Shown one piece after another: positions 15,871 through 29,386 of a stretch of DNA of 64,000 bases (position 1 is the stretch's first letter; each line of letters starts with the position of its first letter). The translations under genes and the position numbers were made by a program. Below the pieces are notes generated by a model, which worked only from the letters and a program-made list of their open reading frames with translations, was not told the DNA's origin and ran no database searches. Location: assembly GCF_009914755.1 (NCBI RefSeq), contig NC_060942.1; one strand, 5' to 3'. Source of the stretch: the human T2T-CHM13v2.0 reference genome, Homo sapiens.

Positions 15871-17323
15871 GAGTTCCTTAAAAGAACAAAAATAAAAACT
15901 TACGTACCCAAATAGTAGATGAATAGCATCTAGCACAACATGTTCCCTAAAATGATAACTACAAATTATTAATTCTGGAATCCTTTATACAAAAAAGTCA
16001 TCTCGCTTATGCAGCACAACTCAGCCCTGTGTATTTGTCTTTTTCCCATCTGCAGGTCACTGCCGTCACAGGACGCAATTGCTCAGTTCTTCATGCCGAG
16101 GCAATGAAAACTTATACCCAATGTTTCCTCTGGGAGGGCAATTCTTCCCAAATGTAAATCTGATCATGGACCTCTCTGCTTGCAAACCAGTTTCAATACT
16201 TGGAGCTTCTTACACTCATGCAAGTATAATCTCTCTCTAAGCCTCCTTCTCTCTGCCCTCACCTCTCACTACATCTGTCCATGCCCCACAATCACCACCA
16301 TTAATCACCACCACTCCAGGCCCTCATGTGTTCACCTCTCTTGTCCACGCCTCCATGCCCCGTGCAGGTTGTTCTGTCTGCTGAGATCCTCAAACCCTGA
16401 AGGCCTCCTCGCATGGGATCATCTGGGAAGCTTCGCCAGCTTTGGGGGTGCAGTTTGCATCCTATCCTATCTGCACTCTGGCCATCTCTGTGAGAAGCTA
16501 ACACATCTTATTGGGCCATTGGATTGTAAGCATCTCCACAGAAGGAATGACTTCTTAGTCATATAAGAGGGCACCACATCTTTTAACCTTCCTACCCAAT
16601 CTCTTTAATAAGGTGGCTGTCCTCCTTCCCCCAGGCCGAGCCACAAGGCAGAACATCACACCTGCCCTGTGGGAAGACCCATGAGGCCCTTCGTGGATTG
16701 GCCTTATCTTTTGAATATTATCTTAAATCACTTGTCTCCTTGTTAGTCAGTTTAAGTAACTGTAAGTCAAAGGGAAGAATGCAAATCTACACACTCCAAG
16801 TTTTATCCAATGCTCTTTGGCATAATTTGCCTCCATGATATTCTTTATTCTTAGTCTTACTGCTCTACTGACTTCTTTCCTCCGGGTTTTTTGTTTTGAT
16901 TTAGTTTGGGCTTTGGGGATTTTATGGGTTTTTTTAATTTGAATTTTTGTTTCTTTGTTTCTTTTGGTAGAAATTAAAAACAAGCTCCCATTTTTGTCTT
17001 TGGAAAACTCCACTTGAGGAAGTACCAAGAATCTTCACTGTTTTAGGGACCTCGTTATTACCAGTCACATCAAGCATAAGAAATCCCCATGATAAAGGAC
17101 TAGTTACACTTACTAAACGGAGCACTAAGGTGTACAAAAGTCTGGAAAAATAAACATGCAGGAGGTTTTTCTAACAGCATCAGAAATGTGGCAAATGTAT
17201 TGCAAATGTTTTTATTTTTTCTATCTAAAAAGCATAAATATTTAAAAAATATTAATATAGGCCTAATTCAAGGAATGGCAAATGATTTCATTGTCAAGAA
17301 GTAAGGCCTTGAGTATTTGTTGA

Positions 17324-17668
<345 letters not shown>

Positions 17669-17902
17669 TAAATGGAACAATTATGGAAATGCTGGACTTG
17701 AGAAATGAGGACTCATCTCTCCACAAATCTTATCTAGTCAAGAAACAGACCAGGCCATTGTGAGGATGCACAGTGCTGAAAACGAACCCCTGGGAATGGG
17801 GCCCTTCGCAGTCTACCCAATTCCACCCTCATACAGCTTTCAAGTAGTGAGAGCTGATAAACACTGGCATGAGAGCAGTTTTGAAAAGAAAATCTCATAA
17901 CT

Positions 17903-18311
17903 GGCCAGGCTTGGTGGCTCATGCCTTGTACTCCCAGCACTTTGGGAGGCCAAGGCAGGCAGATCGCCTAAGGTCAGGAGTTCGAGACCAGCCTGGCCAA
18001 CATGGTGAAACCCCCATCTCTACTAAAATTACAAAAATTAGCCAAGCATGGTGGCGGGCACCTGTAATCCCAGCTACTCAGGAGGCTGAGGCAGGAGAAT
18101 GGCTTGAACCCAAGAGGCAGAGGTTGCAGTGATCCGAGATTGCGCCACTACACTCCAGCCTGGGCAACAGTGAGACTCTGTCTCAAAAAAGTCAAAGAAG
18201 AAAGAAAGAAAGAGAGAAAGAGAAAAAGAGAGAAAGAAAGAAAGGAAGGAAGGAAGGAAGGAAAGGGAGAAAGAAAGAGAGAGAGAAAGAAAGAGAGAGA
18301 GAGAAGGAAGG
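17903..18311 (+). mobile_element. AluS with an expanded (GAAA/GGAA)n tail
   Basis: Alu body 17903-18190, purine microsatellite to ~18311; 17-bp TSD aaagaaaatct(c/g)ataac encloses both. Confidence 0.95.
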
Positions 18312-18725
18312 AAAGAAAATCTGATAACAAAATAGCAAAACATGGCATCATAATGTTGGAAGGCAAGTGTCGTGTTGCAGGAAGACAAGAATTGGGGGCC
18401 AGGAGTGGGATCAATGCAGGGCTGAAGTTCTCACTGGTTAGAATCCTGCCCCCTCCTCAAAACCAACTGCGAAAATGTCCTCTTTTTATCCCTGCCTTAC
18501 CCCATCAGCTCTGGCCTTTTTAAAAACATTTGTTGTTCTCTAGTGAAGCCTCTATCACCTTCTCTATCTGAGAACTGACCAATGGAAATTCATAACTTTA
18601 TCTCCAGAAATCCCAGAGGCCTAAAAAAATTAAGAGGATTAATGGGAAACTTGCAAGAAAGTGACAACCTCGATAGAAGTGACACATCTGATTTAGGATG
18701 GAAAAAGGTTAGTCAATAAAAATCA

Positions 18726-19024
<299 letters not shown>

Positions 19025-20559
19025 TCAATGGAGTATTGTGTCCTCAGACTTCAAAATAAAAACAGATGCAGCATCATTTATCGAGGATGGCTTCCACAAA
19101 ACTCATATCTAAATAGCAACTGCCAACAGAAACCTCAACACTTTACAAGGGAGAAACGAGCTTCTTGAATTATACCATAGACCACCGAGCCAACGTCATA
19201 GAAGAAAATATTATGCAAAATGAGACAGATGGAAAAATTAAATTAGGAAGGACTAACGGACTACTTCCATTATCTGCATCGTATCTTGAATTCCACCTCT
19301 GAAAAAGCTACAGACACACTACATTTGTACTACACATAACTGGCTCCTGAATTTATAGGAATAAAAATATATGGAAATTTATATTGCATTGCGGAATGAA
19401 ATAGATATATACAATATGCACTTTGAATCATCTGTCATGATCAAATGACAAAAGGCGATTCTGACTAGAAAGGCAAAGTCAAAAGTTCATTGGAAATTTT
19501 TGCATAATTACAAATGAAAACTACAATAAAATGCAAATATTCTGGTTAAAAAAGTAAAAGTATAGTTGAAAAGGTAAAAATCCCAAAGAAACCCCTAGAC
19601 TTACAAAAAAAAAAAAACCAAAACATGTTTTTGAAAGTCCAGGGAAAATATATGCCAACAGATCTAAAGGGCCAAGTGCTTCAAATAAAACCCCTTATGG
19701 CTGAACTGACAAAGTCAAAGGGCAACAGTAGGATGAAGGTATTGCCAAAAAAAAAAAAAAAAAAAAAAAAAAAGAATCATTCAAACTGGGGAGAACTGCA
19801 AAGCCCAGAGGTACAAATAAGCAGTGAGGCCCAAAGAGTGTTTGAAAACTATCTCACATAGCACTCCAAAGTAAATGCTGAGAAGTTTTTCAGCACATCA
19901 AAAAGAGAAAGAGAGGGAGAGAAACTGCATGGCATTTGAAAACAACATACACAACAAAAGTTTTTCAGTGAATAAAAACAGAGTAACAAGGACACTAAAG
20001 GGATTCGTTTCATCTTTTTGGAAAAAGTGATTAGAGAATTCCTGAATTTTCCATTAGAACAGATAAGCAACATATATTACTTTAAATAAATAAGCCTTTG
20101 ACCTAACTCATGAACTGAACAAAACGTTCTCACCGGGAACAAAAATCCTCCACTCAGCTTGCTTTGCAGGTGCTACAAGACAACCTGTTGGACAAAATGC
20201 ACTTCCGATATTTGCAAATGGCCACCATGCTTCAGAATGAGTGTGTTTTCAATGGGTGCCATCCAAAAGGGGAACTCTAGGTAGGTCATGAAATTAAAGC
20301 CAGAGAGTCTCACTGCTATGTCTAAAAAACTGAGAGAATGTGCTGGGACAAGTACTTCGTGCATAACCAAATACAAACTAGGATCAGAAATGCAGAATGA
20401 TCTCTGCAAAGAAAAAGAATGCAAATTCACCTGCTAGAATTTCCTGGGTAGATAAATCACATGTCAAAGGAGAAACAAAAGAAAAAACTCGTTTAGATTT
20501 TCAAGCTCTTTTTTTTTTCCACTTTCTATTCACAGATATTCCAAAACCATATTCCCCTC

Positions 20560-21665
<1,106 letters not shown>

Positions 21666-21739
21666 AATGAGTTGAAGTTTCAGACTCAACAAGATATCTA
21701 ATTCTTCAGGGAACATGGAAAGGGAATTCAATGGAACCA

Positions 21740-21935
21740 TCATGTGCTGGGCAACTTCCATGTGCCAAGTATTATATAGGATCTTTGTATATTATCTCAT
21801 TAGTTCTCATGCCTCCCCTAAGGTACATATTATACATGAGTACTTTCTATACATGAGTAAACTGAAGCTCAGAAAAATGAAGAAACTTTTCAGACATCAC
21901 CAGATGAGTTAGGAGCAGGACAGAACTCAAAGCTC
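21740..21935 (-). mobile_element. MIR
   Basis: ccatgtgccaagtatt...atgagtaaactgaagctcagaaaa. Confidence 0.65.
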
Positions 21936-22066
21936 TGTGTCAACAAATCCTTTTTTGTTTTCGTGTAATAAAGACAAGAACCAAAACAATAGATAGCAGG
22001 AATTTCTCTAAATAAAGAATTGTTAACAATGAAATTTCCCTTGAAATAATCCTGGAACTAAGCTCA

Positions 22067-22421
22067 CTGCTATGATCTGAATGTTTCTCAAATTCATATT
22101 GAAACCTAATCCCCATTGTGGTGGTATTAAGAGATGGTGCTTTTGGGGACATCATTAAGTCTTGAGAATTCTGCTTTCATGAATGTGATTAGTGCCCTTC
22201 AGAAAGATGTTGAAGGGAGCTGCTTTGCCCCTTCCACCATATGAGGACGCAGCAAGAAGGCGCCGTCTTGGAAGCAAAGAGCAACCCCTCACTAGACAGT
22301 AAATTTGCTCGTGCTTTGGTCTTGGACTTCCTAGCCTCTAGAACGGTGAGATATACAACTCATTTATTTATAAATTACCCATCTAAGGTACTTTGTTATA
22401 GCAGCCTGAACAGACTAAGAC
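22067..22421 (+). mobile_element. MaLR solo LTR (MLT1A-like)
   Basis: Starts tgctatgatctgaatgtt...aaattcatattgaaacctaatcccc and ends tttgttatagcagcctgaacagactaagaca. Confidence 0.85.
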
Positions 22422-22423
22422 AC

Positions 22424-22424
22424 T

Positions 22425-22467
<43 letters not shown>

Positions 22468-22469
22468 CA
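22424..22469. repeat. (CA)n microsatellite
   Basis: About 22 CA units with one interruption. Confidence 0.95.
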
Positions 22470-22965
22470 TATACCATCTTAGCCCTTTTAAAATGTACAG
22501 TTCAGTAGCATTAAGTATATTCACATTGTTGTATACCCAATTTTCAGAACTCTTTTTATCTCACAGAATCGAAATCCTACCCATTAAACAACTCCCTGTT
22601 CTCCCATCCCCCACCCCCGACAACTACCATTCCACTTTCTGAATCAATGAATTTGACTCCTCTGTGTACCTCATATAAGTGGAATCATAAAGTATTTGTT
22701 GTCTTGTGACTGGCTTTGTTCATTTGGAATAATGTCCCCAGGGTTCACCCATGTTGCAGCATGTGTTCAAATAGTCCTCATTTTTAAGAATGAAGAATAT
22801 TCCATTGTATATATTCTACATGTTACATACATTTTATATACATATACGCATAATAGATATACACTGTAGATATTCTGCATTTTGTCCATTTATTCCTCCG
22901 TAGACACTTAGGTTGCTTCTTCTTTTTAGCTGTTGTGAATAATGCTGTTATGAACATGAGTGTAC
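22470..22965 (-). mobile_element. L1MB-type 3' fragment
   Basis: cagttcagtagcattaagtatattcacattgttg...cctcatataagtggaatcat...gctgttgtgaataatgctg. Confidence 0.85.
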
Positions 22966-23632
22966 TAAGTTCACATAATATGTTTACAAATAATGTGCTA
23001 ATAAATATCCCTATCAAAAACTTGCAAATGACACTAAACCACTCTGAGTGGTAAAATAACAAACTAGTGGGTGAAATACTGAAGAATCTCATTAAGCTAT
23101 GAAATATGCAGAAAAGCGGTAGATAAGTTTCAAACCATTTAGAAAGACAAATTCATATCCAAATACACTTCAAACCATGTTTCACATATGATGAGCTATA
23201 AACCTTTGTTACCACCCAGGGGAATACTTTTCACTTACTCGAAAGTACTCATAGGCAGCTGTTCTATTCTACTTAGTTACATATGGAATTCATACGTTTC
23301 CTATGTACAGATCAGCAATTGGTGCTGATCATTTTCTATCACTCCCCCTACTTCACCCCAACTCTTTTGCTGTTTTATTGAGCATGTCTCCTAAGGGCAA
23401 AGCTCTGTTCCCAACATTATTGGGATCATAAAGAGGGAAATGGGATGTGGCCTGCCCTCATTCAAGACAGGAGGCGGTGAGGGAGATGGCAATGGTAATC
23501 ACTAGATGGAATGCAAGGAAAATAAAATATGTTCAATGAAAAGGTGGCCACAAACAACATCCGGGGGAATGCAGGAAACATGGATTCCTGTTTTAGGGGT
23601 GGGACAATGTTTCCTTAGCTGAAGAATGAGTA

Positions 23633-23864
23633 CAGGTTGAGTATCCCTTATCCAAAATACTTGGGAACATAAGTGTTTCAGATTTGGGATTCTTTTGGAT
23701 TTTGGAATATTTACATCATACCAGCTGAACATCCCAAATCCAAAAATCTGAAATATGAAATGCTCCAATGAGCATTTCCTTTGAGCATCATGTTGGCATT
23801 CAAAGAGTTTTGGATTTTGGAGCATTTCAGATTTCAGATTTTTTGATTTGGGATATTCAGTCTG
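23633..23864 (+). mobile_element. Tigger4a/MER46-like MITE (Tc1/mariner)
   Basis: TA|caggttgagtatccc ... gggatattcagtctg|TA terminal inverted repeats with TA target duplication; about 232 bp. Confidence 0.85.
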
Positions 23865-24519
23865 TAGTACACAGAGTGAAAGAGTAAGGGAAAGAAAAGG
23901 CACAAGCAAAAATATCTACAATTCAGAAATGCAGAGGATGCCTAGGGAATTTGCACTTAACCATGTTTGGCTGAAAAAAAGGAATGCAAAGTGACTTTGG
24001 AAGGTATGCAGGGACCAAGCCTTAGAAGACCTTGAACAGCACTTGTAAGAATCAAGATTAACCACGTAGGTGAGGGCTCCAAAGACAAATTCCCAGAGGG
24101 TCCAGGAAGATCATGGAAATGACCAGAGCCAAAGGTATTACAATAGGGAAGAGTGGGGATTGTGGGTGACTCAGGAATATATTATTTACAAAAAGGTTGC
24201 TGCTACCCAGCCTAGAAAATGCTGCCAAGCAGAAAACTTATGGCAGTATTAATAGTCCATCCAGATGTGCATATGAGTGTTTCTGATCTTCCAAAAATGT
24301 GTTGGTCAAATGAAATGGGTGTTACAGGCCACTTGTTTGCAAACTGTGGTGTGGATCGTGAGGACACCCTGGATCTAGTAACATCCCTTCCATCTTGATT
24401 TCTTCATGTACTTGTAACATCATTTTATCAAGTCACTCTCATGTGCTAGGTCCTTTTTCTCCCTATATGCTCCATAGTCTATCCTCACTTTTTAAATTTT
24501 GCTTTTTAAATTATGTATT

Positions 24520-24627
24520 AATAATACTATCTCCCTCACAGGGACAATGTGAGGGTTAAATGAAATAATCAATGTAAAGCCTTTAGAGCCCTGCCCAGGG
24601 CTGCCACATAATAAACATTCAACGGTT
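24520..24627 (+). mobile_element. MIR 3' end
   Basis: gtgagggttaaatgaaataatcaatgtaaagcctttagagccctgcc. Confidence 0.7.
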
Positions 24628-26005
24628 ATGAATGTGAAGGAAGACTAGCCAAAGCTCTCTGTGCATACTCGTACACCCATGACTTTACCACATTTGCATC
24701 TCCAACCCAAGTTCTCTCTTGGGTTCTGATTAAAAAATCCTCCTGCCTGCTAGAGAGCTTCACTTGGATGTCTAAACCTAAACGATTCAACCCCACTCCG
24801 GAGCTTCTCATCTCATTCTCCCTGATGCAGTCAATGACAGCACCATCTACTCAGGATCCCAAGTAAAACCTGGTGCCACTCTTGAATCCCTTTTCTATTT
24901 CACACGCAACATCGAATATATCATGAAATCTGTCATTTCTCAATTTCTCTCTCTGTCTCTGTGTGTCTCTCTCTAGCCTATTGTCTGAGCTCATTCCCAG
25001 AAATATGGAAATTCCACAGGCTGCATGCCATCTCTGGAGGTGATCAAGAATGAAGGAGGTCTGGCATCTCTCCTCTGCACCATGAGCACGGGCAACTACA
25101 AACAAAATCCTACTGGGACTGGAGAAGAGTCCAAAAACTGGGGTATTTGATACATCATTTCTGGGAAGATGATGGGCTACATTATTCAGATCAGACTTTC
25201 AGGTAAAAGCATCTAGATGACAAATATTTTTTAAAAAATACAAAGAGGTAAAAGATGAGTGTTTTGAATGAAGGCTGTTGCAATATGGTTTGAGATAAAT
25301 GGATATGAGGTGTCTATTTTGCAAGTCTAGACACTTAGATGTGAAAAATGAGGCAAAACAAAGCATAAAAGATGACTTCTATGTTTTTAAGATGTGGGAA
25401 TATTGACTCAAATGAGAAAGACTGGGAGCAGGACAGATTTGTGAAAGGAGCAAATGTATTTGTGAAAGGAGCAAAAGCATCAAATCTCTGAGAACACAGG
25501 GACCACCGGAAAAATCCAGGTAGAAGTGAAAAACTAGAGACATAGGGACGTGGAAGCCACTTCTGCCCTGAGCACACCTGCCAGTCTAAGCAAACGTGAA
25601 CTCTGATTTTTGAACCTCATACAACACGAAAGAAATAGGTGTCAAAACCCAGGACCTACCTGAAGTGAGAATTAAAGAGAAGACCTTCCTCTTGTCTTGT
25701 CGAGACCTCTAAGTGATACTCCTTCATGGTAACAATGACCTGGAAATAAGCATGCGCTCACCCGCATCCCCAGGTGAATAAGGGAAAGAAAGAAAATCCT
25801 TGAGTAGTTCTAAGCACAAATCAGTCCTCATGTGGATTTATAGCCTAAATTCCCATAGTACAGGTGCTCCATAAAGCTCAGGCTGAAAGTAATCCAGGTT
25901 TCGACTCCTCTGAGAACAAAGGTCCCTTCATGTTAGACTTCAGAGAATCCCCAGAAGGCTTTATCAAGGACTATGAGCAGCACACAGTGAAAAATAACCA
26001 CAAAC

Positions 26006-26474
26006 ATTGCGGCACTATTCACAGTAGCAAAGACTTGGAACCAACCCAAATGTCCAACAACGATAGACTGGATTAAGAAAATGTGGCACATATACACCAT
26101 GGAATACTATGCAGCCATAAAAAATGATGAGTTCATGTCCTTTGTAGGGACATGGATGAAACTGGAAACCATCATTCTCAGCAAACTATCACAAAGACAA
26201 AAACCAAACACCGCATGTTCTCACTCATAGGTGGGAATTGAACAATGAGAACACATGGACACAGGAAGGGGAACATCACACACCAGGAACTGTTGTGGGG
26301 TGGGGAGAGGGGGGAGGGATAGCATTAGGAGATATACCTAATGCTAAATGACAAGTTAATGGGTACAGCACACCAACATGGCACATGTATACATATGTAA
26401 CAAACCTGCATGTTGTGCACATGTACCCTAAAACTTAAAGTATAATAATAATAAAATTTAAAAAAAAGAAAAGA
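26006..26474 (+). mobile_element. L1PA (PA2/PA3-like) 3' end, 5'-truncated, within an older L1-like remnant
   Basis: attgcggcactattcacag...G-rich tract...ggatagcattaggagatatacctaatgctaaatgac...aaaacttaaagtataataa plus A-rich tail. Confidence 0.92.
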
Positions 26475-26905
26475 AAGTAATGACAGGAAGAAAAAAAACT
26501 GAGCAAAGAAGAAAAAAACAGACAACAGAGATAGAACTACTTTAATATTACAGCATCAGGCATAGATTACAAAATAACTAAGTGTACTAATTCTGGGAAA
26601 GATGGAGGTGTGTGCACTGCAAAACACAAATTAAGGTAGAGAGACCGACAGAACCATGAGTGAAACTTTGACAAAGCAAGTAGGCAGGGAGCAGTGTTCC
26701 AGCAATTTCTGAGCCAAAGCTCTGGCAGTTGTAATAGTTTTTTAAAATGTAAGACCTGAATCTTCAAGAGGGGAAGAATTCAGAATAATGAAGAACACAC
26801 TAGGAATAAAATTCATCTTGAATATGCCCCATCTGCTTTATCCCCACTTAAGCTGCCTTAGTTTAATTCTTTTTCATCGCTTGTCTGACTTATTCCCATC
26901 ACCTC

Positions 26906-27237
26906 TGCATTAGTTTGCTAGGGCTGCCATAATAAAGTACCACAGACTGGATGGCTTAAACAACAGAAACTTATTTTATCGCAATTCTGCAGGCTAGAAA
27001 CCCAAAATTCAGGTGCCAGCAGGGTTGATTCCTTTTGAGGCCTCTCTCCTTGGTTTCCAGATGACCCTCTGTGTCCTAATCTCCTCTTCTTATTTGGAAA
27101 CCAGTCATATTGGATTCGATCCCACCCTAATAACCTCATTTTAACTTAATTACCTCTTTAAAAGCCTCATTTCCAAATAGTCACCTTCTGAGATATCAGG
27201 AGTTGCAACTTCACCAAATAAACTTGGGGACACAATT
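26906..27237 (-). mobile_element. MaLR LTR (MLT1-type)
   Basis: tgcattagtttgctagggctgccataataaagtaccacagactggatggcttaaacaacagaaa...cctcattttaacttaattacctctttaaaa. Confidence 0.85.
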
Positions 27238-29343
27238 CTCCTGACTTGTCTTTCCTCTATTCTCTCTTACTTCCAATCTCTCTTCTAAACCCTGTCTGAG
27301 TGCTCTTTCTAACTGCAGACTAATCGAAATCCCTTGCCTAAAACCTAAAGTCAAAATATCTTAGAATAGTGTACATTTGTGACATGACACGACAATGTAA
27401 CTAGAGGGAAGTAAAGCTCCTACTCCCAGCCCACTGCAAAGAAAATGCATCTAAGTAAGCATGTGGGTTTGCTGTGAACATGCAGTTCCAAATCAAGTGT
27501 TCTGAATGCCCCCTCTTCTAAGCAAAAATCTGGAGCTCCTGCTGATCACACATCAAATTTCTTTATCACCACTATCCACCCCTCCAAGTTCACCACCTGG
27601 CACCACTACCCACTTAAATTAGCTTTTACTCAGGCTTTATGATCCATCCTGCAATTCCCAAGCACACCAGCCTCATTTTGCTTTTGCGCCATTAGCATGA
27701 TTTCCCTCCAGCAGGAATGCCATCCAGCTAACAGCATGACCACGCTTCAGTCCGTTCTCATCTTCCCTCATGAGTAAGCTCTCGTGTCTTCTGATCTCTG
27801 AAGTTCCTTGAATGACCCCTTCCCTCACTCCACAACCCTCCTTCCCACATGCACACACATACACTGTCACGACCCACTCCTAGCTCCACCAATTCCCGTC
27901 CTCTGCACACAAACAATGTAAGCATCAAGTCACACAGAGCCTTGAGCTTGAGATGAGGGACTGGGACATTTCTCCTGTATGCCTCCAACCTCACACAGGC
28001 CCAGCATATGACAGACATTCAATAAACATTTATAGAATTAAAGAGCGGGGAAATGGGAAGGAGAAACTTGCAGCAGGGGAGCTTTCCTGGTGTGTAATTT
28101 GGAAAGACTGCTCTGGTGGGCTGCACCGTGGGGGCAGTGTCCTCCCTCACTGCAGGGCCACAGGCCTCCCACTTTCTTGCCTGTTTTCGTGTCTCCTATC
28201 TGCCTGCTTTTGTGCCTCCTATCTTTCTGCCTTCCTACCTCTACATCATCCTCCGTGCTGTTGGTAGGGTCATGGCTCCCAATCATGGCCAACATGAGAC
28301 TTTCACTATTTGAAAACTTTACTAACAACCAAATGAACTCCAAAATCTGGACCTTCCACCCTCCGACCTTCCCCTAAGCCTCTGGCCAAATTTGTTTTTC
28401 ATGTGCCTCAAACACAAAGAGCATCTCCCTGGTATGCGATGTTTCTTGTGATGCACTTTCCTGTTTGAACTTCCTCCCTCTTCCTGCCAGCCCTTGTATC
28501 CATTCATCCAAATTACACCTATATTTCCAGGCCATGGTTTCCCCAAACCAGAAGTAACCTCTGTCACCTCCAACTCCCCAAACCTTGCTTTAAGCTACTT
28601 TCCAAATTCCACCTTGCATTACAGTCACTTGGCCCAAACGTTTTACATGGCGTATAGGCATACATTCTTTCTTTTCCTCACAGCAAACAATAATATCTAT
28701 TCAACAGATTTAGGTAAGATTTACAGGGATTTTTTAATTACTGTTATCATCCTTCATCCAATAAAGCAGATTCAATTACCTCTGTGTCATTTGAGCAACA
28801 ACAAGGTTTAGCCATTTTTCCTTTAGTTCAATTCTGCTATTTTCACTGAAAACAGAATAATCAGACCATGTTAAGAATGAAAATTCAAACACTGTGTCAG
28901 CACAAAGAAACACAATGTGAGTAGTTGAAAATATTTTCATCTTATTAAATGTTTGCTCTTTCCAGAAACATTTATAGGATTTAAAGAGAATAAAAGGAAG
29001 AAGTTACAAGCCCTATGTTAAGTATTCTTTATTTCACTTAAATGAGCAACTATGTTTCTTAAAAGATAATAAAGAGGTATTTTGAGAAATCTGATGTCAG
29101 GAGTTAATGGGACTTTACAAAGGATCTCTTTTGGAGACATATACTAACATTACCAATACAACAACTGAATTCTTTGGCTGTTTCTCACATGAAAAAGGTA
29201 TACATTCAACTAGAGCTTCCAGTTTGCAAAGAGAAATAAATGTATCCTATTAGTGAAATGAATTAGGTAAATGACTTAAAATTTGCTATAGTCTCGGGTT
29301 CTTTATATATCATGAAGGAAATGATCCTGTCCACACAGAGGAT

Positions 29344-29346
<3 letters not shown>

Positions 29347-29381
<35 letters not shown>

Positions 29382-29386
29382 GCACA
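29347..29386. repeat. (CA)n/(CACG)n microsatellite
   Basis: Direct inspection. Confidence 0.95.

Noticed and set aside
25437-25474. Doublet atttgtgaaaggagcaaa x2
   Set aside because: A small local duplication with no associated motif or context of note.
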